From the NCBI GenBank assembly GCA_035438625.1, contig DAORIS010000002.1:34832-98831 (forward strand): a DNA stretch of 64,000 bases. Reading direction: 5' to 3'. The notes under the pieces were generated by a model. That model did not search any database and was not told the DNA's origin. It worked only from the letters and a program-made list of their open reading frames with translations. Position numbers and translations under genes: made by a program. The stretch's first letter is position 1. Each line of letters begins with the position of its first letter. Of the stretch, positions 1 to 8,390 are shown piece by piece. The DNA is from Minisyncoccota bacterium (GTDB taxonomy: Bacteria > Patescibacteriota > Minisyncoccia > Phycocordibacterales > DAORIS01).

Positions 1-986
1 CGATCGCTCAAATACAAAAACATGCTGACGTTGAAATAAAGAAAGCATTTTTGGGTATTGGTGGTGTTGGCCTTACATCACTAGTGCACCAAGGAAGCAT
101 TATGATTTCTCGTGCTGACGGTGAAATCACAGACCTTGATGTTGAAAAGGTTCTTAAGGTATGCGAAGAGACCCTTCCCTCTCACCACACGATTAACAAG
201 CGCATCCTCCATACTATTCCCATCTCATACAAAGTAGACGGAAAAGTAATCCTCAGTCGTCCACAAGGATTAAAAGGAGCAAAACTCGAAGCACGTGTAC
301 TCTTTGTATCTTGCGTCGATCAACATTTGAACGATCTCGTTGAAGCATTGAATAACGCCGGACTTGAAGTTGAAGATGTCATGGCGTCCCCACTTGCAGC
401 AAGCTTAGTCACACTTACAAAAGCTCAGAAAATTGCTGGCTGCGTCCTTGCAAATATCGGCGCTGAGACAGCTTCTATTGTTGTCTTTGAAAATAGCGTA
501 CCAATTTCACTTGAAGTGTTTCCAATTGGTGGCATTGATATAACTCACGATATTGCACTTGGCATGCGTATTCCGATTGACGAAGCTGAGAGTATTAAAC
601 GTGGAAAGAAAGAACATAATTTTCCAAAGAAAAAACTCGATGACATCATTGCTGCACGTCTCACAGATATTTTTGAGCTTATCGAAGCGCATTTAAAAAA
701 GATTGGGAAAAGCGGACTTCTTCCCGCTGGAGTAGTTCTCACTGGTGGAAGTTCTGGAGTTACCTCAATTGAAGACATCGCAAGAGCCACCCTTAAACTT
801 CCTGCACGTACTGCAAAGAGTATAAATATCAAAAACGAAAAAACAGTTCAAGATTCATTTTGGTCAGTTGCATATGGCCTTTGTCTCTTTGGAATTAACC
901 ATGAATCAGCTGAATCGCTTGGTATGCGAGTATTTGAACCAATTCGAAAAGGATTCATTGAGTGGATTAGACAATTTTTGCCATAA
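1..986 (+). CDS. ftsA: Cell division protein FtsA (5'-truncated by window edge)
   Basis: Frame open from position 3. Actin-like motifs NIGAETASIVVF, PIGGIDITHDIA, GVVLTGGSS. Directly upstream of ftsZ. Confidence 0.95.
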   Translation, partial: IAQIQKHADVEIKKAFLGIGGVGLTSLVHQGSIMISRADGEITDLDVEKVLKVCEETLPSHHTINKRILHTIPISYKVDGKVILSRPQGLKGAKLEARVLFVSCVDQHLNDLVEALNNAGLEVEDVMASPLAASLVTLTKAQKIAGCVLANIGAETASIVVFENSVPISLEVFPIGGIDITHDIALGMRIPIDEAESIKRGKKEHNFPKKKLDDIIAARLTDIFELIEAHLKKIGKSGLLPAGVVLTGGSSGVTSIEDIARATLKLPARTAKSINIKNEKTVQDSFWSVAYGLCLFGINHESAESLGMRVFEPIRKGFIEWIRQFLP

Positions 987-1077
987 AACTTCGAAATAAA
1001 CTAAAAAAAAGTCAATATTGTTGGCTGTCATTTAGCTATCCTCTATGGTATAGTCAACGCATTAATCTAGTCACGAT

Positions 1078-2331
1078 ATGCCACAAGTAAAACCAGAAGT
1101 TGAAGCATTTGCACGAATCAAAGTGCTTGGCGTTGGAGGATCCGGAAAGAACGCCCTTAACCACATGATTAACTCCAAAGTTAAAGGAGTTGATTTCATT
1201 GCAGTTAATACAGACGCTCAAGATCTTCATAATTCTCTTGCTACTAAAAAAATCCATATTGGAAAGAATGTGACAAAGGGTCTTGGTGCTGGAATGAATC
1301 CTGAGGTTGGAAAGCGAGCAGCAGAAGAAACTCAGGAAGAAATTCGTGAAACTATCAAAGGCGCAGACATGGTCTTCGTTGCTGGTGGAGTTGGAGGTGG
1401 AACATTTACTGGTGCTGGTCCAGTAGTTGCACGTCTCGCAAAAGAAATGGGCGCACTCACTATTAGCGTCGTTACAAAACCATTCACATTTGAAGGACAA
1501 CAGCGTATGCGTAACGCTGACCTCGGTCTTGAAGAACTACGGCACGCAGTTGATGCGCTTGTTGTTATTCCTAACGACAAGATTCTCGCCGTCATTGGAA
1601 AAGATACAACTGCCAAGAATGGATTCGCACTTTGTGATGAAGTCCTAAAACAAGCTGTTGAAGGTATTTCAGACTTGATTACAACTCCAGGATTCATTAA
1701 CGTTGACTTCGCTGATATCCGAGCCATACTTGAAAACGCAGGATCAGCACTTATGGGTGTTGGAACAGCAACTGGTGAAAAGCGTGCTGAAGAAGCTGCA
1801 CGAGCGGCAATCAACTCTCCTCTTATCGACCTTTCTATCCACGGAGCAAAGGGCGTACTCTTCTCTATCGCTGGCGGTGATGACCTTACTATGTTTGAGA
1901 TCCAAGATGCTGCCAAGGTAATCACTGAATCAGTTGATCCAAATGCCAAGGTGATCTTCGGAACTGTATTTGATACAAAACTCAAGAAAAACGAAATCAA
2001 GGTTACTGTTATTGCATCAGGATTTCCTGATTCAACACCACGAAAGACACTCTTCTCTAGCGCAACAAACGCAGCAATAAATACAAACGCTGGAATGCCT
2101 GCTCCCGATGATTCTGATGACCGAAACAAAGGCCGTATCTTTAATTCAATTTTCAACAATCAATCACCTTCACAAGCTAGCAACGCTGCATCACAACCAT
2201 TTCCTTCAGCTTCTTCTCGCATTGAAAAGCCTGTAGAAAAAATCGAAGAGAAAAAGCCTCGTATTGAAGATGACGAGGATGATGACTGGGGCGCAATTCC
2301 TGCTTTCCTTCGCCGTTCGAAAGTTAAATAA
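1078..2331 (+). CDS. ftsZ: Cell division GTPase FtsZ
   Basis: GVGGSG, GLGAGMNPEVG, T7 loop INVDFAD, C-terminal IPAFLRR peptide. Signature reads GGGTFTG. Confidence 0.98.
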   Translation: MPQVKPEVEAFARIKVLGVGGSGKNALNHMINSKVKGVDFIAVNTDAQDLHNSLATKKIHIGKNVTKGLGAGMNPEVGKRAAEETQEEIRETIKGADMVFVAGGVGGGTFTGAGPVVARLAKEMGALTISVVTKPFTFEGQQRMRNADLGLEELRHAVDALVVIPNDKILAVIGKDTTAKNGFALCDEVLKQAVEGISDLITTPGFINVDFADIRAILENAGSALMGVGTATGEKRAEEAARAAINSPLIDLSIHGAKGVLFSIAGGDDLTMFEIQDAAKVITESVDPNAKVIFGTVFDTKLKKNEIKVTVIASGFPDSTPRKTLFSSATNAAINTNAGMPAPDDSDDRNKGRIFNSIFNNQSPSQASNAASQPFPSASSRIEKPVEKIEEKKPRIEDDEDDDWGAIPAFLRRSKVK

Positions 2332-2346
2332 TATTAAATTCTTTTC

Positions 2347-3330
2347 ATGACGCTTGATCTAGTGATCATTGGTGGTGGACCTGCTGGCGTAGGTGCGGCA
2401 GTTTATGCTGCTCGAAAACGATTACGCACTGCACTTGTAACTCCACATTTTGAGGGTCAGAGCACAGTCTCAGAGAAAATTGAAAACTGGATTGGTACTC
2501 CAGAAATATCAGGAGCAGAACTTTCAAAACAACTCCAAGCGCATGCAAAAGCGTACGAGGGTGAGTGGCTTGAGATTATTGAGAAAGACAAAGCAACATA
2601 TGTCACCCGTAAACGCGGGGCTTTTGTCGTAACTACACAAGAAGGAAAAACTCTTGAGACTCACGCGGTACTCATTGTTACTGGTAGCTCACGAAGAAAA
2701 ATTACCGTTCCAGGCTCAGACCGTTTTGAAAACAAAGGAATCGTATATTGCGCATCATGTGACGGACCACTATTTGCTGGAATGGATCTGATGGTAATTG
2801 GTGGAGGTAACGCAGCATTCGAAACAGCAATGCAGCTTCTTTCATATGCAACAACAGTAACTATCGTGCACCGTAGTGAAACATTTAGGGCTGATGCAAT
2901 TACAGTTGAAAAGGTACTGTCGCACCCAAATATTCGAATCATTAAGAACGCAGAAATTGTTGAAGTAAAAGGAACATCATTTGTAGAAAGCGCTATCGTC
3001 AAAGACGTAAAGACTGATATTAAAAAAGAAATACCTGTTAAAGGAGTGTTTGTAGAGATTGGATCAGTACCGAACACAGATCTTGCAGCTGACATTGTAA
3101 AGCGCGATGAGTATAACCGCATAACTATTAACGCGCGCAACCAACGCACATCAAGAGCTGGTATCTGGGCTGCCGGTGACTGTACTGACGCACTATTTCA
3201 ACAAAACAACATTGCAGTAGGTGATGCAATCAAAGCAGTGGAAGACATTTTCATGTGGGTCAAACACCACGAACACCACAAGAATTCACCTGAGAGTACT
3301 CACTCGGAATCAACAGAAGAAACACAGTAA
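2347..3330 (+). CDS. trxB: Thioredoxin-disulfide reductase (TrxB/AhpF-like)
   Basis: GGGPAG FAD motif, CASC redox pair, GGGNAA NADPH motif, GIWAAGD. Confidence 0.9.
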   Translation: MTLDLVIIGGGPAGVGAAVYAARKRLRTALVTPHFEGQSTVSEKIENWIGTPEISGAELSKQLQAHAKAYEGEWLEIIEKDKATYVTRKRGAFVVTTQEGKTLETHAVLIVTGSSRRKITVPGSDRFENKGIVYCASCDGPLFAGMDLMVIGGGNAAFETAMQLLSYATTVTIVHRSETFRADAITVEKVLSHPNIRIIKNAEIVEVKGTSFVESAIVKDVKTDIKKEIPVKGVFVEIGSVPNTDLAADIVKRDEYNRITINARNQRTSRAGIWAAGDCTDALFQQNNIAVGDAIKAVEDIFMWVKHHEHHKNSPESTHSESTEETQ

Positions 3331-3366
3331 ACAAAAACACCTCCAATTGGAGGTGTTTTTGTTTAC
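3327..3366. terminator. Bidirectional intrinsic terminator (perfect 40-bp palindrome)
   Basis: gtaaacaaaaacacctccaattggaggtgtttttgtttac equals its own reverse complement and lies between convergent genes. Confidence 0.85.
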
Positions 3367-3376
3367 GAGAAACGTA

Positions 3377-4060
3377 TTAGTTTTCTTCTCGAAGACCATG
3401 GAGGAATCGTGCTGCTTCTTCCTTACCACCTAGACCAAATGCAAGGGCCAGTGCAAGCACTATACCTGCTGTAAGGATCTGGATAAGCTCAGGAGCAATA
3501 CCAAGTTGCAAGAGTGCTGCCATCACTGAGAAGGCAATGATTGCATACTTTGCAATTGAAGCTAAACGCTTACGATTCTTTGTGTTGACCTGTGACGCCT
3601 GGAGAGAACTTTCAACAATCCTCGAAGCGAAACTAGATGCAACAAGTCCGATTGTCAGTATAACTACCGCTACGAATACTTGAGGGATGTAGAACAATAT
3701 CCTGCTCAAGAAGGCTGTAATCTGTGGCAGATTCAAGATATCTGATGCTGCCATGAGCGTTGCAATAATAATGAGCCACTTTGCGATTTCACCTAATGCC
3801 CCTGAAAGGAGTACATACTTTGATCCCGCGTGTAACTTTTCATTAATACCAGAGCGACCAATGAGGTCGTCTACTTTTGTCGCCTTAACAATTTTCCGCA
3901 CAATACTTCCGATGAGAGACGCGATCAGGACGCCAAGTATGACGACAATGATTGCTCCCACCACCTGTGGGACATATACGATGAACTGGTACGCAACCTC
4001 TTGGACAGAGGTAAGCATAACATCACCGATATTTCTGAAATAACCGATTGTTGGATTCAT
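3377..4060 (-). CDS. Membrane protein with conserved TM-helix repeats (CmpX/MscS-TM-like)
   Basis: Two YVPQVVGA / YIPQVFVA helices, ALLQLGI and ALAFGLGGKE motifs. Confidence 0.75.
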   Translation of the reverse strand: MNPTIGYFRNIGDVMLTSVQEVAYQFIVYVPQVVGAIIVVILGVLIASLIGSIVRKIVKATKVDDLIGRSGINEKLHAGSKYVLLSGALGEIAKWLIIIATLMAASDILNLPQITAFLSRILFYIPQVFVAVVILTIGLVASSFASRIVESSLQASQVNTKNRKRLASIAKYAIIAFSVMAALLQLGIAPELIQILTAGIVLALALAFGLGGKEEAARFLHGLREEN

Positions 4061-4171
4061 ATGCCGTTATTTATTTTATAAAGGCTCAATGTTTGATGCG
4101 ATACTATACTGTACTCCCGTAGTAATTATACTCCTGGAAAAAGATAGGCAAGCAAGGTAAAATGCATAATA

Positions 4172-4609
4172 ATGAAAAACAATACACCTAAGATAGTTGG
4201 AATTGTTGTTGCTATTGCAGTTGTTATTGCATCAGCCGCAGCGTGGGCAGTTGGAAGAAATGATGAAATGGGCCCGGTCAATGAGTCTCAGCCAGTAGCA
4301 GATAAGCGAAAATACGAAGATGGTACATACGGAGCTACAGGACAGTACGTCTCTCCTGCTGGAGCCGAAGAAGTTGGGGTAACAGTTACCCTCACAAACG
4401 ATGTCATTACAGACGTGAAGTTTGAAGGAAAAGCTGAAAACCCAGGAAGTGTGACAATGCAAGGAAAGTTTGCAGAAGGATTCTCGTCACTCGTTGTTGG
4501 TAAGTCAATCGACGAAGTATCTCTTAGTGTTGTAAATGGTTCATCTCTCACACCAAAGGGCTTCATGGATGCGCTTGATAAGATCAAGGCAGAAGCAATT
4601 CGAGCCTAA
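4172..4609 (+). CDS. Membrane-anchored FMN-binding (flavinylation substrate) protein
   Basis: N-terminal TM, YEDGTYGATGQY, C-terminal VVNGSSLTPKGF resembling the [ST]GA[ST] flavinylation motif. Adjacent to apbE. Confidence 0.8.
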   Translation: MKNNTPKIVGIVVAIAVVIASAAAWAVGRNDEMGPVNESQPVADKRKYEDGTYGATGQYVSPAGAEEVGVTVTLTNDVITDVKFEGKAENPGSVTMQGKFAEGFSSLVVGKSIDEVSLSVVNGSSLTPKGFMDALDKIKAEAIRA

Positions 4610-4619
4610 TACACTCTCT

Positions 4620-5534
4620 CTACGCAGTGAAAATTTCTCCGGTAAATCCCGGAGATTTTTTTACTTGTCCTTTTGAATTGACTATGCAACATTCAAAGGG
4701 ATCATTTGGTAATGCTAGTGCTAACTCTTCAGGAGAAACGAAAAACAAGCATGTTGCCAAACCATCAGCTAATCGTGCTGTTTGAGCAACCGTCCAGACA
4801 GCAGCGATTTCACTTGGTGACGTTAGGGTATGTGGATCAACGACATGATGAACTCCTTTCCAGGCTCTTCTGTTAATTGCTGAAGCACACACCGATCCTT
4901 GGGTAATTTCAATGACTCCAATAACTTGTGTTGGGTCAGTTGGGTGTTCCATGCCACAGCGAAGTAGATGACCGTCACCTTCATAATATATATCCCCACT
5001 TCCATTCACCAAGAAGCGTTTAATACCCCTTTCTTTAAGAAACAGTGAGATCTGATCGACGAAATATCCCTTGCCTAAAGCCCCAAAATCGAACAAGGAA
5101 GGCTGTACTATCTCTATGTGGGTAGAATCAACCATACGCACTGACTCAGTTAAATCAGGCACTATTCGGATCTCATCTTTCCTTTCAAGGGAGTAGTCAG
5201 CATCGTACCCAAAATCGCTGATTGCATACCCAACTAGTGGGTTAATTTTTCTACCACTTGGTTCGTACAATTTTTTATACACCTCGAGCATTTCCATAAA
5301 TTCTCTTTCAACTTCAAAAATACCGATCTTTCCGGCGATCTCCCACACAAATGAATCCTTCTTAAAACGAGAATATGTCTGATCAAACGTATTTGATCGA
5401 AGAACAATTTCATCTTTGAGTTCTGTCACCGCTGACTCAGAAATTTCATCCCAAATGGAAATCTCCCAGCTTGTTCCCATCGACTGGTATGAAAATATGT
5501 GTGGAGTATTTGGATTTTTTACAGGTTCGATCAT
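4620..5534 (-). CDS. apbE: FAD:protein FMN transferase (ApbE family)
   Basis: SMGT, FDFGALGKGY, VNGSGD, HHVVDP and ADGLATCLF motifs. Confidence 0.9.
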   Translation of the reverse strand: MIEPVKNPNTPHIFSYQSMGTSWEISIWDEISESAVTELKDEIVLRSNTFDQTYSRFKKDSFVWEIAGKIGIFEVEREFMEMLEVYKKLYEPSGRKINPLVGYAISDFGYDADYSLERKDEIRIVPDLTESVRMVDSTHIEIVQPSLFDFGALGKGYFVDQISLFLKERGIKRFLVNGSGDIYYEGDGHLLRCGMEHPTDPTQVIGVIEITQGSVCASAINRRAWKGVHHVVDPHTLTSPSEIAAVWTVAQTARLADGLATCLFFVSPEELALALPNDPFECCIVNSKGQVKKSPGFTGEIFTA

Positions 5535-7075
5535 GCAAATCCCGGGAAGTAATCAGTCTTAATATTCTTGCGCGGTACACCCATTCCACGAAGTAGCTTT
5601 TTATACGATGTGACCATTGCATCAGGTCCCGAGAGATAAAATACCCGCTCTGCATAATCCGGTACTTTATTCTTAATCATGTCAGGAGTAATAAACTCAA
5701 CCTCAACTGGAAATCCTCCAGGCACTCCCTCCTTCTCATTTACTAAATAAACCGATCGGAGATTTATTCTTTGTGCAGCTTCGGTAAGTAGATCTTTGTA
5801 TGCAATTTCTGCATATGTTTTGTTGCTGTAAAAGAGAACGACATCTCGTTTCTCATCTGTATCGAGTATGTATTTGATCATACTTCGAAAAGGAGTGATG
5901 CCAATTCCTCCTGCAATAAATACTAATTTTTTATTTGCATCTTTTGGGAGAATAAAGTCTCCTGCCAACTGCCCTGCAAGTATTGTCTTTCCTTCTTCTA
6001 AAGCTCTGAGATTTTGCTTAAACGAACTTGATTGCGGTGCAAACTTTACACCGAGTTTAATATCGCCCTCTGTTGGTGATGATGCGATTGTAAAGTATCT
6101 GCGCATTCCTCGCATATCAGTTCCTTCGTGAGGAAGTGTCCACTCTAAATATTGACCTGCTTTGTAGCTAATTGGTCCACTGATACTCGCGAAAGAAAAC
6201 TGTCGGGTATCTTTTGCAATCTCTTTTGCATTGTTGAGTGTGAGTATTAGTCGACGCTTGAGGTTAAAGAAGTATGAAAATACATTTCCTACAAGTAATG
6301 CAAACTCTGGCGTTCCGTAAATTGTAAATAGCCCTAGGTTAAGTGCCAGTGGCCAGCTACTTAACGCACCCACAAGAGCACCGTATGCAATTCGCTGATT
6401 TCTCTGTGGAGGAGTTGTAAATGGCTCAGTAAGCATAATTGTAGCCATGAAGATTAATGGCCACGAAGCATACAATTGTGACAAGTAATCAGGTACAGAA
6501 AAATTAATTGTTATCGCGTATATAGAAGCCACCCCAACTGATGCGAGAATACATGAGAGTACCAATGAAAATCGTCGTATCTTTCGGACCACAAGAAATC
6601 CAACTACGATTGCAACTGGAAGTAGGTATATGCTTCCAACCCACCATGTTGCTGCAGCAAACGGTGTAAACCCGAGTACAAAAGCTGCAAACGCTGCGGG
6701 GTTAAAAATATGTCTCTTTTTCCAGGCAAACACATACTTCGAAGCCATTGCGATAACCCCAGCAAGAACAAGTGCAATTGCGTCTCTACCAGACGACATT
6801 GGAGAGATAATCAGAAACAAAATTCCACCAGTAATGAACGCAGACTCACTATTCATAACAGCACCCACGATTTTCGAGAACAAGAAATTCGCCACACAAC
6901 ACGTAACAATCACAATTGTTGCTGAAAGTACCAATGTTGGTCCGCTATACGAAAGCACCCCGAAAAAACCAAGGAGAATTGCAATTGCTGCGATTGCAAA
7001 AACTGCGTACATCGTTAAGCGATACATCGCAATACCGTTTAAAAATCGATCAATATAGAATAGTGGTGATTTCAT
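5531..7075 (-). CDS. RnfD/NqrB-like membrane domain fused to FNR-type FAD/NAD(P)H oxidoreductase
   Basis: Multi-TM N-terminus with HIFNPAA and MLTEPFTTP. C-terminal RYFTIASSP, FIAGGIGITPFRSM, YLSGP, DYFPG. Confidence 0.85.
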   Translation of the reverse strand: MKSPLFYIDRFLNGIAMYRLTMYAVFAIAAIAILLGFFGVLSYSGPTLVLSATIVIVTCCVANFLFSKIVGAVMNSESAFITGGILFLIISPMSSGRDAIALVLAGVIAMASKYVFAWKKRHIFNPAAFAAFVLGFTPFAAATWWVGSIYLLPVAIVVGFLVVRKIRRFSLVLSCILASVGVASIYAITINFSVPDYLSQLYASWPLIFMATIMLTEPFTTPPQRNQRIAYGALVGALSSWPLALNLGLFTIYGTPEFALLVGNVFSYFFNLKRRLILTLNNAKEIAKDTRQFSFASISGPISYKAGQYLEWTLPHEGTDMRGMRRYFTIASSPTEGDIKLGVKFAPQSSSFKQNLRALEEGKTILAGQLAGDFILPKDANKKLVFIAGGIGITPFRSMIKYILDTDEKRDVVLFYSNKTYAEIAYKDLLTEAAQRINLRSVYLVNEKEGVPGGFPVEVEFITPDMIKNKVPDYAERVFYLSGPDAMVTSYKKLLRGMGVPRKNIKTDYFPGFA

Positions 7076-7080
7076 AAAAA

Positions 7081-7671
7081 TTACTTAGGGAAATATTTCA
7101 ATGGATCTTTTTCAATAATAACAATTATTTGCTCAAATAAATCCATCACTTCACTACCTTCTTGTATCTTATTCCGCTTGTTTTCAAGCAAGTCTTTGAA
7201 TGCCACACCCACTGCTTTCCATGTTCTCCCTTCCATAATGAAATTGGTTAGTACTGGAGCTAATTTATCTAAGGAGTGCACAAATATACTTTCAGGATCC
7301 TGTTGTAACTCGTACTTTGTAATTGTTGGGTGCAAACTTACAAACTCTGGGAATTCTCTTTCAATCTGTAATTGTGCCTCTTTTTCTCTTACTGCTTTTG
7401 TTTCTTTTGCTTTTTCATCAAGAAAATATGTGTCTCCGGCATAAATTTCCACCAAATCATGCGTGAGACAGTATTCAAATACCTTTTGCTTATCCAGTTT
7501 CAAATCCAAACTATCAATCAGGTACCACGCGAGCATTGCAAGAGAATAGCTATGCTCAGCATCATTCTCATTTCTTTCTACATTTGGTACGTGCATGATG
7601 CGCTCAACCAACTGAAACGCATGCAAAAACTTCATGAATTTAACTGTTTGATCCAGTTGTGGCTTTTTCAT
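7081..7671 (-). CDS. HD-domain phosphohydrolase (YfbR/HDDC2-like)
   Basis: ENDAEHS, THDLVEIYAGD, LDKL motifs. Start moved to ATG 7671 because the longer ORF overlaps the tRNA. Confidence 0.85.
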   Translation of the reverse strand: MKKPQLDQTVKFMKFLHAFQLVERIMHVPNVERNENDAEHSYSLAMLAWYLIDSLDLKLDKQKVFEYCLTHDLVEIYAGDTYFLDEKAKETKAVREKEAQLQIEREFPEFVSLHPTITKYELQQDPESIFVHSLDKLAPVLTNFIMEGRTWKAVGVAFKDLLENKRNKIQEGSEVMDLFEQIIVIIEKDPLKYFPK

Positions 7672-7673
7672 TG

Positions 7674-7760
7674 CGGAAGAGGTGGGATTTGAACCCACGA
7701 GGAGCTTTCACCCCTGCCGATGTTCGAGATCGGTGCTTTCAACCACTCAGCCACTCTTCC
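7674..7760 (-). tRNA. tRNA-Ser(CGA)
   Basis: Acceptor ggaagag/ctcttcc, anticodon arm ccgat-ctCGAac-atcgg, long variable arm, GGTTCAAATCC. No encoded CCA. Confidence 0.95.
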
Positions 7761-7803
7761 TATAACTATTGCATCCTAGCATTTCAGCAAGGTATGACAA
7801 AAG

Positions 7804-7831
7804 ATAAAGCCCGTCACATGACGGGCTTTAT
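7804..7831. terminator. Intrinsic terminator hairpin downstream of the small basic ORF
   Basis: ataaagcccgtca-ca-tgacgggctttat inverted repeat. Confidence 0.75.
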
Positions 7832-7843
7832 GGTGTACGTAAA

Positions 7844-7993
7844 CTAATGGACACCTACAGGCTTGGGAACATAGCGCTTTCGACGACGCTTTGCCCCAGG
7901 CAGTGCAGTATCGTTCCTTTCACGTGTCCAACTTGTGGGATTTTGGAACAAGGGCAAGGTTTTATCCTTACCTTTTTTAGATCTCTTCGCCAT
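7844..7993 (-). CDS. Small highly basic protein, 49 aa (MAKRSKKGKDKTLPLFQNPTSWTRERNDTALPGAKRRRKRYVPKPVGVH)
   Basis: Not in the ORF track (<60 aa). SD-like aaggaagga before the ATG, TTGACA-17-GACACT promoter upstream, terminator just downstream. Confidence 0.65.
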   Translation of the reverse strand: MAKRSKKGKDKTLPLFQNPTSWTRERNDTALPGAKRRRKRYVPKPVGVH

Positions 7994-8051
7994 AATCCTT
8001 CCTTTACCTCAGTTGAGGTTGTTATGAAGTAGATGTAACCTTCCGAATAAT

Positions 8052-8080
8052 AGTGTCCCACTATATTACGAATATGTCAA
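8052..8080 (-). promoter_or_regulatory. Sigma70-like promoter for the small basic ORF
   Basis: Minus strand TTGACA-N17-GACACT with TG extension. Confidence 0.5.
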
Positions 8081-8135
8081 ATCTATATTCAACCCTTTGA
8101 TTCTAGCCTTGGATTATTGTATAGTGTTCCCTGCT

Positions 8136-8207
8136 GGCCTCATCGTCTAACGGTTAGGACATGGGCTTTTCAAGCCCAGAATCGGGGTTCGATTCCCCGT
8201 GAGGTCA
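8136..8207 (+). tRNA. tRNA-Glu(TTC)
   Basis: Acceptor ggcctca/tgaggtc, anticodon arm tgggc-ttTTCaa-gccca, GGTTCGATTCC. Confidence 0.95.
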
Positions 8208-8249
8208 CAAAAAGAATTGACAGTTATACGTGGGGCGTTATGCTTTTAC

Positions 8250-8369
8250 ATAGAAGCCCGCAGGTGTCGATCCATATACTATTTACCGTCCGAAGTAGTG
8301 GAAGAAGGCAGATCGACAGTGCGGAATAGGTCCTGTCCTTCATTTTTATGGGGAGACAGGACCTTTTTT
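8250..8369 (+). ncRNA. Candidate structured small RNA or attenuator leader upstream of msrA
   Basis: TTGACA(8217)-N16-TATGCT promoter, irregular hairpin 8258-8324, terminator 8328-8369. Confidence 0.5.
8328..8369 (+). terminator. Intrinsic terminator
   Basis: aggtcctgtc...gacaggacct followed by a T-run. Confidence 0.8.
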
Positions 8370-8390
8370 ATTAACCTCTAATATCAATAC

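Noticed and set aside
1332-2159. Long antisense ORFs opposite ftsZ (also opposite eno, obgE, valS and others)
   Set aside because: Typical antisense shadows of conserved genes.
7855-8061. 68-aa minus-strand ORF and 61-aa plus-strand ORF (7847-8032) from the track
   Set aside because: The 68-aa ORF starts inside the promoter. SD, promoter and terminator fit the 49-aa ORF in another frame.
8117-8381. Two short plus-strand ORFs
   Set aside because: They overlap tRNA-Glu and the structured RNA/terminator and have no protein-like features.
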